DNA from: Podospora anserina
Lineage: Eukaryota
Assembly (NCBI GenBank): GCA_017654855.1
Contig: CM030338.1
Location: forward strand, 2,542,001 to 2,606,000
Length of the DNA stretch: 64,000 bases
Direction of reading: 5' to 3'
Numbering within the stretch: position 1 is the first letter of the stretch; the number at the start of each line of letters is the position of its first letter. This document shows positions 11,230 through 23,100 of the stretch, piece by piece. The position numbers and the translations under genes are program-made. The notes beneath the pieces are model-generated. The model did no database searches. It was not told the origin of the DNA and saw only the letters and a list, made by a program, of their open reading frames with translations.

Positions 11230-11907
11230 AGGTGTCGTTGAGATGCCAAGAAGAACGGGGACATTGAGAAGGAGAGTATTGATGACATCGATGTGGATGG
11301 AACAAAATTATGGCGATGATAATGACGGCGTTTTCGGAAGGGTTATTCATGGAACAGGGAATTGTATGGCCGGAGCAAAGGCCTAGGCTACGATAGGGAG
11401 GCATTTTGATGCATAGCATGTATTGCATAGCCTTATGGCACAACAACAGAAGTGTAGTTAGTGTAACTATTGATCAGAGATCAATAAACTGTTGATATTG
11501 TACTTTCTTTGGTTCTTTCCGTCATGTGTGACGTGTGTGTGTTTTGATGTGTATTTGACATGAAGTTTGGTCACGCCCCATTTACACGAGAATGTCGGAA
11601 AAAGCTCTACGGCGAATAATTTCTTGTCCGTATAAAATAGACACCCATTCAAAGTCATGAGGTTATTTCACTGAATGATGAACGACATGGCTCGGTGTGG
11701 GCCTCCTCTTCACCTTTCATACGAGCCGCTGATTGGTCACTCACCGCCCGCCGAATATTTTTGGAAGAACCTTGGAAGCTTGAACACCAAGTCCACCCAG
11801 ACAGATACCCAGCCATACCACCACCATCACCACCGCCACCTCTCTGACTTCCTCGATCTTTTTTTTTAATTTCTGAAAGAAGATCAGCAACTCAAACAAC
11901 CACCAAA

Positions 11908-12248
11908 ATGTCCTCCTCCCTCGCCCTCGACCAAGCCGACATCGAGAAGCTCAACGACAAGGACAAGGCCGAGCTCCGCCAGTTCTTCGCCAACGAGGAG
12001 CAAAAGAGCAAGATCCAGAGCCGTATGCATTACCTCCCCCGACAAATGAAGATAGTGTTGCTAACTGTATAGAATCCCACGCCCTCACCTCCCTCTGCTG
12101 GAAAAAGTGCATGGCCTCCTCCTCCACCTTCAAGTCGGGCGCCCTCGACGGCACGGAAAAGGCCTGCCTCGCCAACTGCGTTGAGAGGTTCATGGACGTC
12201 AACATGGCTACTGTTAGGCAGCTGGCTGGCATGGGGGGACGTCACTAG
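11908..12248 (+). CDS. TIM8: Mitochondrial small Tim chaperone Tim8; exons 11908-12022 and 12073-12248
   Basis: Spliced product ...[30 protein letters not shown]...[14 protein letters not shown] has the twin CX3C motif. Intron GTATGC..CTAAC..TAG. Confidence 0.93.
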
Positions 12249-12778
12249 AAACAGCAAGACTTCTTCTTTCGGAATGATTTGAAATCACCCAACCCCACCA
12301 CGATCATGAATGAGGATTCGACAATGTGGAGATGGAGGACATGTTATGGTACATGGGCAGACCAAGGGGTATAGAGTTTGAGACGTTGACTACGGGCAGC
12401 GTTGTATATCACATCTGGGCGAGAGGAAGCAGGGGAGCGGGCTGTACGATAGGAGATATTGTCCCCATATGGGAATGGGTGGTCACATATCATGGCAGAC
12501 CTGATTGGAAAAGACGGCACCACACCGTGGATTGTACACTACTTGGAACTCTACGTATCACATGGCAACTGACACAAATTTGACATCACAACAGGACACA
12601 ACCAAAGGACCAAAATGATATGCCCGTCATCAACGAGGAATGGTCAATTGTTTTCATTGCCGGGTATCTGACGCCAATTGAAAAATGCAATCCCAATTCC
12701 CTTCTTCGTTGACAACACCATTTTTGTTGATTTTTTTTTTCATTCCCAGTCCCGATCCATCATCACACGACCGAACGT

Positions 12779-13518
12779 TTAGACGAGGCCGAGCTTGGTG
12801 GCGGCAATGTCGAGGGCATCGACATCAGCGGTGAGGCGGGCAAAAGCCTTCTTGGAGCCGTCGGGGCGGATCAAGGTGTTGATCTTGACGGTGTCAATGT
12901 CGTAAAGCTTCTTAAGAGCCAGCTTAATCTGAGCCTTGTTGGCCTTGACATCGACGATGAAGACGAGGGTGTTCTGCTCCTCGATCTTCTTAAGGGCACC
13001 CTCGGTATTGAGGGGGTGGATGATGACCTTGTGCTCGTCGAGGCGGGGGGCGTGGGGGATCGACTTGCGGGGGTACTTGGGGGCGCGAGACAACTGGAGG
13101 GTCTTGGGGCGGTGGAAGGTGGTGCTGTGGCGGACCTTGGTCTTCTTGTGGGCGTGGACCTGGAGAGGGGATTAGACTTCTGATCGTGAGGCCAAAGTTG
13201 GAGAGAAGAAGTAACATACACCCTTGAGGGCAGCCTGAGCAGCCTTCTTCGCCTGAGCACCCTTGCCAGCCTTGGAGGCACCGCCTGTATCGTGGAAGAG
13301 TCGAGTCAGTATAAAGCATTCGCCTGAACAAGGGGAGGACCGTCTTGTTCAAACTCGCAAAATCTGCTGCTGCTTTGATGCTTCACCTCGCCGCCATCAT
13401 TTTGCGACATGGTCGGCGGCGAAGCTCCGCACTGAGCGACGGCCGAAATTGTTGTGTTTGTATCAATCCATTTCCTGGAGGATTCTCAAGTACCTTTCTT
13501 AACGTCCTTGGGAGCCAT
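12779..13518 (-). CDS. RPL25: 60S ribosomal protein L25 (uL23); exons 13518-13494, 13284-13220, 13159-12779
   Basis: MAPKDVKKG... then [37 protein letters not shown] and [17 protein letters not shown]. Two canonical introns. Confidence 0.97.
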
Positions 13519-13844
13519 TTTTGCTGTTTGTCGGCACTGGGCGAAGTTGTCGTCTAGTCGGTCGTGGATGGGGAAGGGAAAAAAAGTTGGCGGAATTTTG
13601 CTAAAACGATTTAACAGAATGTGTGTGCGGAGACCTGTGGCTGGTTGGTTGTGGCTCCTGCCCCGCTCTTTTGTGAGAGGAAGAATGTGTGATTGGCCAA
13701 GCCCCGGACTTGGAGCTCCCGATAAGATAAGCAGAATGATGAGCTTTGGGAGCTTTCGAAAAATTACCCACAAATCCACCTCGTCTTCCCAACTTTAGTT
13801 CCCTCGAGGAACGGTGCAACAACCATGCAGTCCGCTTGCATGCC

Positions 13845-14711
13845 ATGGCACTCAAGAAGAAACGTCCGCAAAAGAACTTAGCCGCTGGTCGGCCGCCCAT
13901 TCTTCAACGCCAACCAAAATCCATCACCAGAAAGTCGACAAAAGCTCTCATCAATAAGCACCATCTCCTCGAGAAGAGAAAGAAGCAGGCGCTTGCCAAG
14001 GGTGATGATGCAGGTGTCGCCGCGATCGATGCAGAGATTCAAGCTCTAGGTGGCCTCGAGGCATATCAGAAGGCCAGTCTTCAAGGCCAGAGGGAGGACC
14101 GCGGCGGTGACAGCTCGAGGGTTCTGATGGAATGGCTGCAGCCATGCCTCACGGCTCATAAAGAGGGATCGGGTCAGATGCTCAAGATGCTCGAGGTTGG
14201 CGCGCTCAGCACACAGAATGCTTGCTCTCAGAGCGGCTACTTTGACATTACTCGTATCGATTTGAACAGTCAAGGCGAAGGGATTCTGCAGCAGGATTTC
14301 ATGGAACGGCCTTTGCCCAAGGATGACACGGAGCGATTCGATATCATCAGCCTGTCGCTCGTTCTGAACTTTGTGCCGGATCCGAAAGGAAGAGGGGACA
14401 TGCTCAAGCGGACGACGGAGTTTTTGCGCGCAGCCGGCAGATATCTCGAGGCTCCTTCACTGACGACCAACTTTCCGAGTCTCTTCCTGGTGCTCCCCGC
14501 GCCATGTGTCACGAACTCGCGGTATCTGGATGAAGAGAGGTTGGTTGGGATTATGGCGTCGCTTGGGTACGCGAAGGTTGAGTCCAAGACGACTCAGCGG
14601 CTGGTCTACTATCTTTGGAGGAGAGAAGGCAAAGGCATCGCTCGACGTTTCCGAAAGGAAGAGATACGGGCTGGCTCGACACGGAACAACTTTGCTGTTG
14701 TTCTGGGGTGA
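13845..14711 (+). CDS. BMT2: 25S rRNA adenine-N1 methyltransferase Bmt2
   Basis: Motifs LGGLEAYQKASLQGQ..RGGDSS, MLEVGALS, IDLNSQ..ILQQDFMERPLP, SLSLVLNFVP, LPAPCVTNSRY and RNNF. Confidence 0.92.
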   Translation: MALKKKRPQKNLAAGRPPILQRQPKSITRKSTKALINKHHLLEKRKKQALAKGDDAGVAAIDAEIQALGGLEAYQKASLQGQREDRGGDSSRVLMEWLQPCLTAHKEGSGQMLKMLEVGALSTQNACSQSGYFDITRIDLNSQGEGILQQDFMERPLPKDDTERFDIISLSLVLNFVPDPKGRGDMLKRTTEFLRAAGRYLEAPSLTTNFPSLFLVLPAPCVTNSRYLDEERLVGIMASLGYAKVESKTTQRLVYYLWRREGKGIARRFRKEEIRAGSTRNNFAVVLG

Positions 14712-14881
14712 ATACTCTCCTGGTGTTGGTTTTGGCCAGTTCGCTGGGCGGGGTTGATCTTCCTCTTTGGAATGGGAGGTTGTGATGTCCCCATCATCCT
14801 CACCGTGGCAAGAGCCCAAGGCACTTGGCATCTGGGCAACTTGTGCATCAAGGTATGTTATGACTTGACATTTCACATGAC

Positions 14882-14967
14882 TGGCGATGATGCTTTGCAA
14901 CCTAAAGTATTTGCTACTTCAGAGCCTCCGGGCCATGAGACAAACTATTTCACCATGCACTGAGCCA
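14882..14967 (+). ncRNA. Box C/D snoRNA, U24 (snR24)-like, intronic
   Basis: TGGC/GCCA terminal stem, C-like box ATGATGC, D' CAGA preceded by guide AGTATTTGCTACT (antisense to LSU rRNA AGUAGCAAAUA, the U24 target region), D box CTGA at 14960-14963. Lies inside intron GTATGT(14853)..GCTGAC..TAG(15037). Confidence 0.85.
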
Positions 14968-15226
14968 CTTCAGTTTACTAGAAGCATTTCTCACAAGTCC
15001 TGTTGAAGGGTTGCCAGGCTGACAAATGCGATTCTAGGCTGCTCCATGAGATGGTTCTCGCTCTCTCCACCGCCGGTTGGCAGTTAGGGCCTTTGCCATC
15101 AGCACAATATGTTCGATTTTGCTCTTGTGTCGTCGTCCCAACAAAGAATACCTTGCCGGCAGTTTCTGAGACGAGATGGGCAGTCTTATGGTATGTGCGC
15201 ATCTCTTTTTACTCTCTCCCCTTACC

Positions 15227-15297
15227 ATGATGACCTAGACATTCTAAACAGTTATCCCTATCTGAAATTATGGTGTTGACTTGGTTCTAACTTCTGA
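15227..15297 (+). ncRNA. Box C/D snoRNA, snR38-like, copy 1, intronic
   Basis: C box ATGATGA, guide CAGTTATCCCTA (antisense to LSU AGGGAUAACUG, the yeast Gm2815 region) before D' CTGA, terminal D CTGA. Lies inside intron GTATGT(15191)..GCTCAC..AG(~15362-15366). Confidence 0.88.
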
Positions 15298-15487
15298 TTT
15301 TCGTTACTTTTCACCTCGATGTTTGGCCGTTCCTGCTGGAAGCCTGAGCTCACATCTTGAAGACAGTTCTCTACTAGTGGCACCTCAGTGACACAGCCGG
15401 CAATCGATATCAGACTCAAATTTCGGTACGTTTTACTTCTTCGTCGCATTGTGATTCCTTCATCTCCCCCCAATACCCGCATGTAAT

Positions 15488-15558
15488 ATGATGACCTAGG
15501 CATTCATAAACAGTTATCCCTATCTGAATAACAGTGTTGATCCGGTTCTAACTTCTGA
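15488..15558 (+). ncRNA. Box C/D snoRNA, snR38-like, copy 2, intronic
   Basis: ATGATGA..CAGTTATCCCTATCTGA..GGTTCTAACTTCTGA inside intron GTACGT(15426)..TAG(15635). Confidence 0.88.
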
Positions 15559-15731
15559 TTTCTTACTTTTTTTACCTCCCTTGTTGACTTCCATATCTTT
15601 GATCTGGCATAGACTTACAAGTCACCGTTTACTAGGCATTTGCAGCTATATTATGAATCTCATGTCGAGACGTGTGCGACAACGCAAGCAAGGGTAAGCT
15701 TTTAGCTTTATTTACTTCCACCCCCCTTTAC

Positions 15732-15804
15732 GTGATAACCGAGACATTTCAAAGAGTTATCCCTATCTCAAATAACACAATGTTGATCTGGTTCTAACTT
15801 CTGA
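15732..15804 (+). ncRNA. Box C/D snoRNA, snR38-like, copy 3 (degenerate C and D' boxes), intronic
   Basis: GTGATAA..GAGTTATCCCTATCTCA..GGTTCTAACTTCTGA inside intron GTAAGC(15694)..GCTAAC..AAG(15868). Confidence 0.75.
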
Positions 15805-18800
15805 TTGCCCTTACTTTCCTCAATACATGTTTGCTTGCTGTTTTTGGGCCCTGCTAACATCATGCAAGATCCTTGACATCTGGCAATCGTGTCCTGCCAC
15901 GACATCGCTTGAACAAGTAGCAGCTATCCGCTGTCTGCTCTACACATGCCGCTACCCCGAGATAGTTCCGCATAAGACCACCTCGAGCTGGACGACGGAT
16001 GACGGCGCGATGTTGTCGTTGTCTTCAAATCTTTACCAAACGTATCCAAAACGGTGTTCAGTTTTCTTCAGTTCAGCATTCATTCGCAAGCTAGCAAGCG
16101 GTGTGACAGCCAAGACGCAGCCAACGTGCCATTCAACGATTTTTCACTGCGCAGCAATGAGCTGATCATGCGGGTTGCCGGCGTCTACTTGCAAGGTCCG
16201 ATTACCCCACAACGCTGGGGAGGTGCGGGAAGGAAGGCTGTTGTGAGGGGGGACGGAGGCGACGCCGGGATGCTGCATCTGCGCTGCTGCTGTGTCAAGC
16301 AATGGATGGCAAGAGGGAGACAATTGATGTGGCAGAGCGCGCATGCGATCAACATGCAGTGGGATGGTTTGGTTCGGAGAGGATTTCCGACAGTATTGTT
16401 GGGCGTGATTGGGTTGTTGTTTCGTGAGGGGTTGAAAGAGGTCACCTGGACAGAATGAGTTTTGGAGACAGGGAAGGGGAGGGTCGATCGGATGGTTGTG
16501 ATGGAGACATTTTGTGTGTTTATCACTGGGTTATGATGGTTCACATATTGGGGGAGATGAATGAGACAGCCAATTGATGGGGTTGACAGTTCACTTTGCA
16601 GGTTTTGTGTGTGCGGTGTTCACTCCGGTCCGCGATGGGTGATGTTGGCGGTGGTGGTGGACGACTAAGATGCAGTGCAGGAGGCACTACACCCTCTTTG
16701 TGTGGATAACGAACAGCTTTTTGGGTGCCAGGGTCTTGCGTTTGGTTAATGTTTGACAGGAGAGTTGGGTAGCAAATGTGTCTGTGCTGTATTCAATGTC
16801 TCAAATTGAAGCCTTTTCTCACGAGTAAGCTATGGGCGATACCGGACAGACTATCACGACTCCCTTTCTCCTCGTCGCCGTCGTCAGTGACGGGTTTAGA
16901 ACAAAGAAGTACGGATCCTGGCCATCGCGATATCGGAAGTTTCTTGGCGAGGGTCGCGATCTACGGTTGTTCTGAAGGTTGGCAGTAGATAGAGGCGGAT
17001 AACTGGTTTCTACAGTTGTATGTATGGGATGTTATCACTTGGGAATTGCCACTTATCAATCTTGGCCTTTTGGTGCAATCGCTATGGTACCAGGTATGAT
17101 GGAAAGTTGAGGTTCCCTCACCCCATCAATTGTTCTAGATTTCTGGTGGGAACAAAGAAAGTTTGGTGGTGGTGGTGGTGGTGGGTGGTGGTGATGGTGA
17201 ATTCTCCGAGGGGGAGGCGAGAAATGATCGTCGGTGTCACTTGAGCCACCGTTAGGAAGTGTGTGTGCTAGGATTGTGTAGCCGCGGGAGGCGCTTTCGC
17301 TCTCAACAACTTTTCTCTTTCAGAGTTTCGGTAGATCCCGTGATGGTACCAGGTTGGGATGGACCGGGGTAGGATAAGGGGGAGGGGTGAATGGAAGCGA
17401 TTGGGTTATTGAGTAAAATAGCCGGGGATAATCGTAGAGGGGCGCGCTGGCTGATGATCATATGATGACGATTATATTCTCAGAGCAGCTCAATGGGTTT
17501 GCCTTTCTTTGGCTTGGGGGGAGATGGCGGGGCTGGGCGGTTCCAAGCAGCAATGAAGCTGGGCAGATATTATTCATTGGATCTTTGAGAGAGGGCAAAG
17601 AAAGCTACCTAGCTCACTCCCAGTAAAGCGGCAACGGCGGGGAAACCCGCAGTATGGACGACGGGCTGTTGCAGCATTCATTGCCTCCTGCGTACCATAA
17701 CCTCCTCTTTTGTGAGCAAGGAGAGAGCTGGCGGTTTGACCGCCGAGAGCTGACCACCTACCTACCCTTGAGGTGGCGCATTTGTTAGCATCAATCTTGC
17801 CCAAGTCAAGCCCAAGCGCATGCAACTTCCCCGGATTTTTGGTGGAGTTTCTCCCCCTCGCAAGCTAGACTGAACGGGGAAAGCCGGCCTGGCCTGCTTG
17901 AGGTAGTTTGGTTGTGCCCGAACAGGATTAGAATGAACATCTATAAGACTGAATTGGTCTCACGCGGGCAAAAACATGTCTCGATTTGATAAGGGGGGAG
18001 GGGGAGGGGGAAACTGTATCTGTATCAGGAAGAGGGGTTGTTGTGGGGAGAGATCAGCAGGAGTTTCCTTTGAGAGATCGATAACAGTGTGGTGTTGATA
18101 CAGAAAAAGGGGGGGGGAGCTAAAAAGCGATAAGGATTTTGCTCTCCGTTGCCGGCCGAGAGAAAGTTGACGACATCCTGATGAAATATGAGATAGCGAT
18201 TTTGAGATAAACTGATAGCTACATACAACGTACCTAGGTACACCTACCTACCTTCTTGTCCTGGCTTGGGGTTTTTTTTTTAGTAGCGATAGTAAAAAGG
18301 TAAATTCAGGGGCTAAACAACGCACACATGTCCGTCTGGTAGCGAGGTTGCAACCGATGAGGTCAGGAGGGAGGGGAGCCAAAAGATTGCGATATGGGTT
18401 AGGTGTTTACTGTCTGGTCGGGTCGGGTAAAACCGTTATCACGTTCCTCTTGGTTTTGGGCAACAGGAGAACCAAATTTATCGGATGGTGCTATTCTTGG
18501 GGTAGATAGCGTCGAGTGTAAAATAAGGGGCTAGTAGGGGTGGTTTCTGTTTAGATGGTAACCCAACCTCGACGGCTTGTGACAGTGGCATGCGTGGACA
18601 AAGACAAAACGTCACCCCCGTGATGATGACGATAAGCGGGTGCCGGCTTTTGACTACCGCCAGGCCCAGCGGGGTGGTAGATAACATAGTTTGAGACCAC
18701 GACATGAGAGACTGAGTCCTGACTGTTGGTGATGCCTTGAAATAATCTGAATCGAAGAGTGCGATTCATCTAATCGAGAGATCAGAAATCCGATCAGCCG

Positions 18801-18890
18801 GTTCAATTTTGAGCCAACAACCGAAGTAACCACCCTTCTTCTCCGCGTTCAAGCTCAATCCGACATCTCAACTCCCGGCTAGCGGCAGAG

Positions 18891-20152
18891 CTAAATCTCA
18901 GCAAATGTCTTGATGACCCGGTGCTTCTCTCTGTCCTCAGCCGACAACTCGGCATTGCCCGGCCGCTCGACAACAAAGCTCTGCATGCCAGCTTGCTTGG
19001 CAGCCTCCACCTCCTTGACATTGTCGCTCAGGAAGAGCCAGCTGTTCGCCTCTGGGAATTCCGGATGAGCTGCCAGGATGGTCTGGTAGGACGACGCCTC
19101 TTGCTTTGGCCCGGCATTGACTGTGTCAAAAAAGTCGGAAATCTCGGGAATCAGATCGGCCGGGTGACCGTTGGTGTGCTTGAACAGCAGCTTTTGCGCC
19201 GCCACCGATCCGGAAGAGTAGATCATGATCTCTTCTCCGGCCTTCTTCCACTGGACAAACTTGGGAGCGACATCGTCGAAGAGCGGGGCCTTGAGCTCGC
19301 CGGACTTGTAGCCGGACTCCCAGAGATAACCCTGGAGGCTCTTGAGGTAGGCGATCTTGACATCACGGCTCATGAGGTCCTTGACATGAGCTGTCAAGGC
19401 TTCTTGTGAGCTGGCATGCTCTGCCGGAAAGGCGTCCCTGTACTGTGAGAACTCTGGCTTGTCCCATTGGGCTTCAAGGGTTGCTGGGAGCGCTGAGAGA
19501 GCGTAGGGAAACTATCCATAGTAAAGCAGGAATATGATTATTAGCATAAGTTCTAAGTTGTAGATCCTGCCGGCCAACCGGATAACAGCCCTGGTCTTCC
19601 TGCGTTTCTGATATGTGTGTGGCTGGAGAGAGGGAGAGAAGGGTCCTTTCAGAACTTTCTGACAGCACATCGCATCCCATCTCCCTTCCCGTGCTTGGAG
19701 AGTGTGAGGTTAAGGCCCTGCAGTGACACACCACACAGAGACACCCGCCACGGTGAATTGACCAACGACCAGTTAGGGGCAGCAGGAGAAGGGAGGGGCT
19801 GGTCCGGTCATGAGTGGCTCGACCGCATTGTGATGGCCGGAGGGTCGAACCACAGCGGACACGGTCACGGAGTTTGCCATGGAAAAAAGTGTTGGGAGTG
19901 GTGAGAGGGGAGGCACTCACAAGCACATCCTTGACGAATGAGATGGGACATACTGTGCCCTCTGTGGCAGCCAAGTTGGTATTAGCCAATTCGCCCGTTC
20001 CAAGTCATTCAGTGATCATCTGGCTGCCCCTCCATCCGACCACGAGGGGCTGAAGAAGCTGGCTAATGCAGAGGTGGGACGCGAGGGATGTGTGAGGGGT
20101 GGCTGGTACCAATGTCAAGGAGCACGACCTTGGGCTGGCCGGACGACGCCAT
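18891..20152 (-). CDS. UTR4: Enolase-phosphatase E1 (methionine salvage, HAD family); exons 20152-20110, 19961-19921, 19511-18891
   Basis: Spliced [24 protein letters not shown], plus LKSLQGYLW, IYSSGSVAAQKLLF and LFLSDNVKEVEAA. Confidence 0.95.
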
Positions 20153-23100
20153 TGCGCAAAGCTGGACCCCGCGAGTTGTGTTAGCGCACTCGGCGCGGGT
20201 TCGGGGATGATGGAAGGGCTGGCGTGGGAGGAGGGATCTTTTCGGAGCGGAGGATGGGGGCCGAGAATGAAAATGGTCCGGTTGGAGATGCCGTGGACTG
20301 CGAACTGTCAGGCGGTGAGCAGTTCGTGAGAAGCTGTTTGGCCTGTGAGGTGATGCAGTGCAGAGAGATGGGAGCAACGTCGTGATGTGAGTGGATCGTG
20401 ATAAAGATGGCCATTAAAGCCCAAGAAAATTTTTATGCTCTACAACAGACAACAGATTGACGGTGAGGGATAAATTTTTACCGTTGTCGACCTGCTATTC
20501 GACGAAAAACTCTATGGCTAACATCATCGCCATGTGTATTATCACGTCTGGTATTACTTTACTGCATAACGAGCCGTCCGAATAGCACACCGTCCTTTCG
20601 GGGTTGGGGTTCGGGTTATTGTAGAAAGGGCGGTCAGCAGCTCAGGAACAACAGAGCCCAATCTCGTGCTGCAAGTCCTGCACCGCAACACCACACACAC
20701 ACACACACCTGCAGTAGTCGATGCGCATGAGTCCTGCATGTCTGGCGATGTGCCTTTGTGGGGAGGTGGGAACTGAGTAGTGATAATCGATAAACGATAA
20801 TCGATAACTCTAGCGCCTGGACCTCATGATGCCCTTCGTCAGCTGGGTGGGCTGGGGTAAACGGGGGCAGAAGGAGGGGAAACGTGGGTGCTAGGGAACG
20901 GATATCGGCCTTGGCCTTGGTCTTCGCGACAATGACATCGACGACAACGAAGCAGGCGAGCACCGATGGACTCCCATTTCTCGCGCTCCCGAGGCCCGTC
21001 TCCGTGGATAGCATCAGGCGACTGAATCCCTTTTTTTCGGCTTCCCGAGCGGCAGGATCAAAGCGCCGGTGCGGTTGCATCTGTGCTGCTGCAAGACGGC
21101 AGGAAAGGGGATAGCAGGTGCAGCGGCAAAATTATTTATTGCATTTCAGTTCATGCGGCAACATGAGATGAAAACAAAGCATGACAACAAAATGCCAGCG
21201 CTGGCTGGTTGCCCGGGTATATCATCAGCTGGAATTGAAGATGTCGATGAAATACGAACAAGTCCCAATCAACTAGAGACAACACCCCCACCGCAGATCT
21301 GTGTAGAGTGTCTCAATGCGCTCAATGCCGTATTCCTAGGGATCTCCAAAGGACCCTGAAGATTGACGTTCTGGAATGAAAACTGAGACTTGTAAACACT
21401 ATGGGCTATCTTGCTCGGTCAGCGCCGTGGAAACAACTCTGATATCATATCTGTATCCGCAACTAGGAACAGGACACGGGCGCGAGCGAGCACTTGGGAA
21501 ACAAGTGTGCAGCAAGAATGCAACCTTGCTGCATCATAAGGTCGTGTCCAATGGCTGCCAGATAAATCTAGCTCGCCCATTTCTACAAGGCCAATGAAAT
21601 CAGACGCGGTATTCGTCTTGACGCGCCCTAGATTAAACGTGTGGGTGACAATGGCGGCCACCTCCCACACCACCTTTGACAAGCAAGCTCACCAACTGCG
21701 GGCGGTTTCAACTGGCCCAGCCGAAACAGGCAGCATGCACCAAGGACCCGAATGGTTGGGGGAACACGACTGGCGGGGAGAACAAGGAGACACCCGTTTT
21801 CTAGACGGCCGATAACTGCGCCTGGCGGTCACACGACGTCAGAAACGAGAAAGAAAGTGGCATCACCAGTCGCCCGATTCTCTCGGCGGGGTTATCTCTT
21901 GTACACCTTTTCCCCAGACGCTCTTTGCGCTTCGGCAGTTGTGACAAGGTCGACCGGCGCATAAGCCGGAGCAGCGACGGGGGGCGAACGGGGGTGCCGG
22001 AAGCGTCAAAGCTGCGTCAACCGCGTCAACTTGTCGAGTGTTGGTGGATTGCGTGCTGGATGTTCATGGAGGCTTCAACCTTGTTGCCAAAACGGCCACG
22101 GCGCGGCGATATGGGGCAGAAGGGGCGCCCGTTGCCGGGTCTTGGCGGCCATGATATCCCGCCCCGCGGAGGCTTGAACGTTTGTTCGTCCAACCTTTTT
22201 GACGGCGTTTGCCGTCATCATCTTCCTTTCCTCCGTTCGCTCGTTCGAAGTAAAAGTTCTTAGTATCCTGGCGGTCTCCAACGCTTACACAGAGCAGACA
22301 TTGACACACTTGTACAGGAAATCCGGGGTCACGGTTGCTTATTTTAGCGGGCAGCCTGTACGATTGGGCAATTGCAAGAGAGAAACCGCGTGGCCGCGTT
22401 GCGATGGATTATGCAGGGAGAGGATTACGGAGGAAGGGGACCAGATGCATCAAAAAAGGAGTGCATATCGAGCGGGTGACCAATCGAGGGTTGGGACGTG
22501 GTGTCCAAGGTGAAACAGAAGCTACTGGAACCGCGCTTTGCCGTTCAGTCAGCAGGTGGTCTTGGTCTTCTCCTTTGTGTGACACATCCTTCTGAGAATT
22601 GAATGCCTGAGGCAGCAACCAGTGGGGCTCCGTTCTGTCCGTCAAGGTGCTCCCTATCACGAGCATGATGCAGCCGTTTTGCTCATCCATTGCATCAATT
22701 GAATCGTGTCCACAACGAGCAAGATTCCCATCAGCTGGACATTGGGAATTGCGTACACCCGTGGAGCTGCTGTTTGAAGAAACTCGAGGGGAGAGACTAC
22801 GCAATTGAATTATTGCACACTTGGCTCGAACAGGGCAGAGCAGTAGGTAACGTGGCTTCTCCAGCAGCCAGGGCTTTGTTCTCGCAGTCATACTTGGCGT
22901 CGTGGCCGCAATTCGACGAAGCGAGATGCCAGATGCAATGGTACCCGACCCGCAAGTCGCTCCCAGTCACGAGCTCGCCGTGAGGATACAGGGCAAGGCA
23001 GCGATAGCTGTGTACTGACCAAACGGTGACGAGCCCTCCTTTGATTGGAAAGCCGTGCCCAAATCAAACTCTCCGACCGGCCGACAGCGCGCCCCGCGAT

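Noticed and set aside
15227-15804. Three spaced direct repeats resembling a CRISPR-like array or LTR fragments
   Set aside because: Fully explained as intronic C/D snoRNA copies with boxes and rRNA guides. Eukaryotic context and no cas genes.
16000-18850. Short ORFs and a possible hairpin-ACA motif (~17914-17980) in a gene-free interval
   Set aside because: No recognisable protein motif, no convincing H box and no second hairpin. A lncRNA or snoRNA host cannot be supported from sequence alone.
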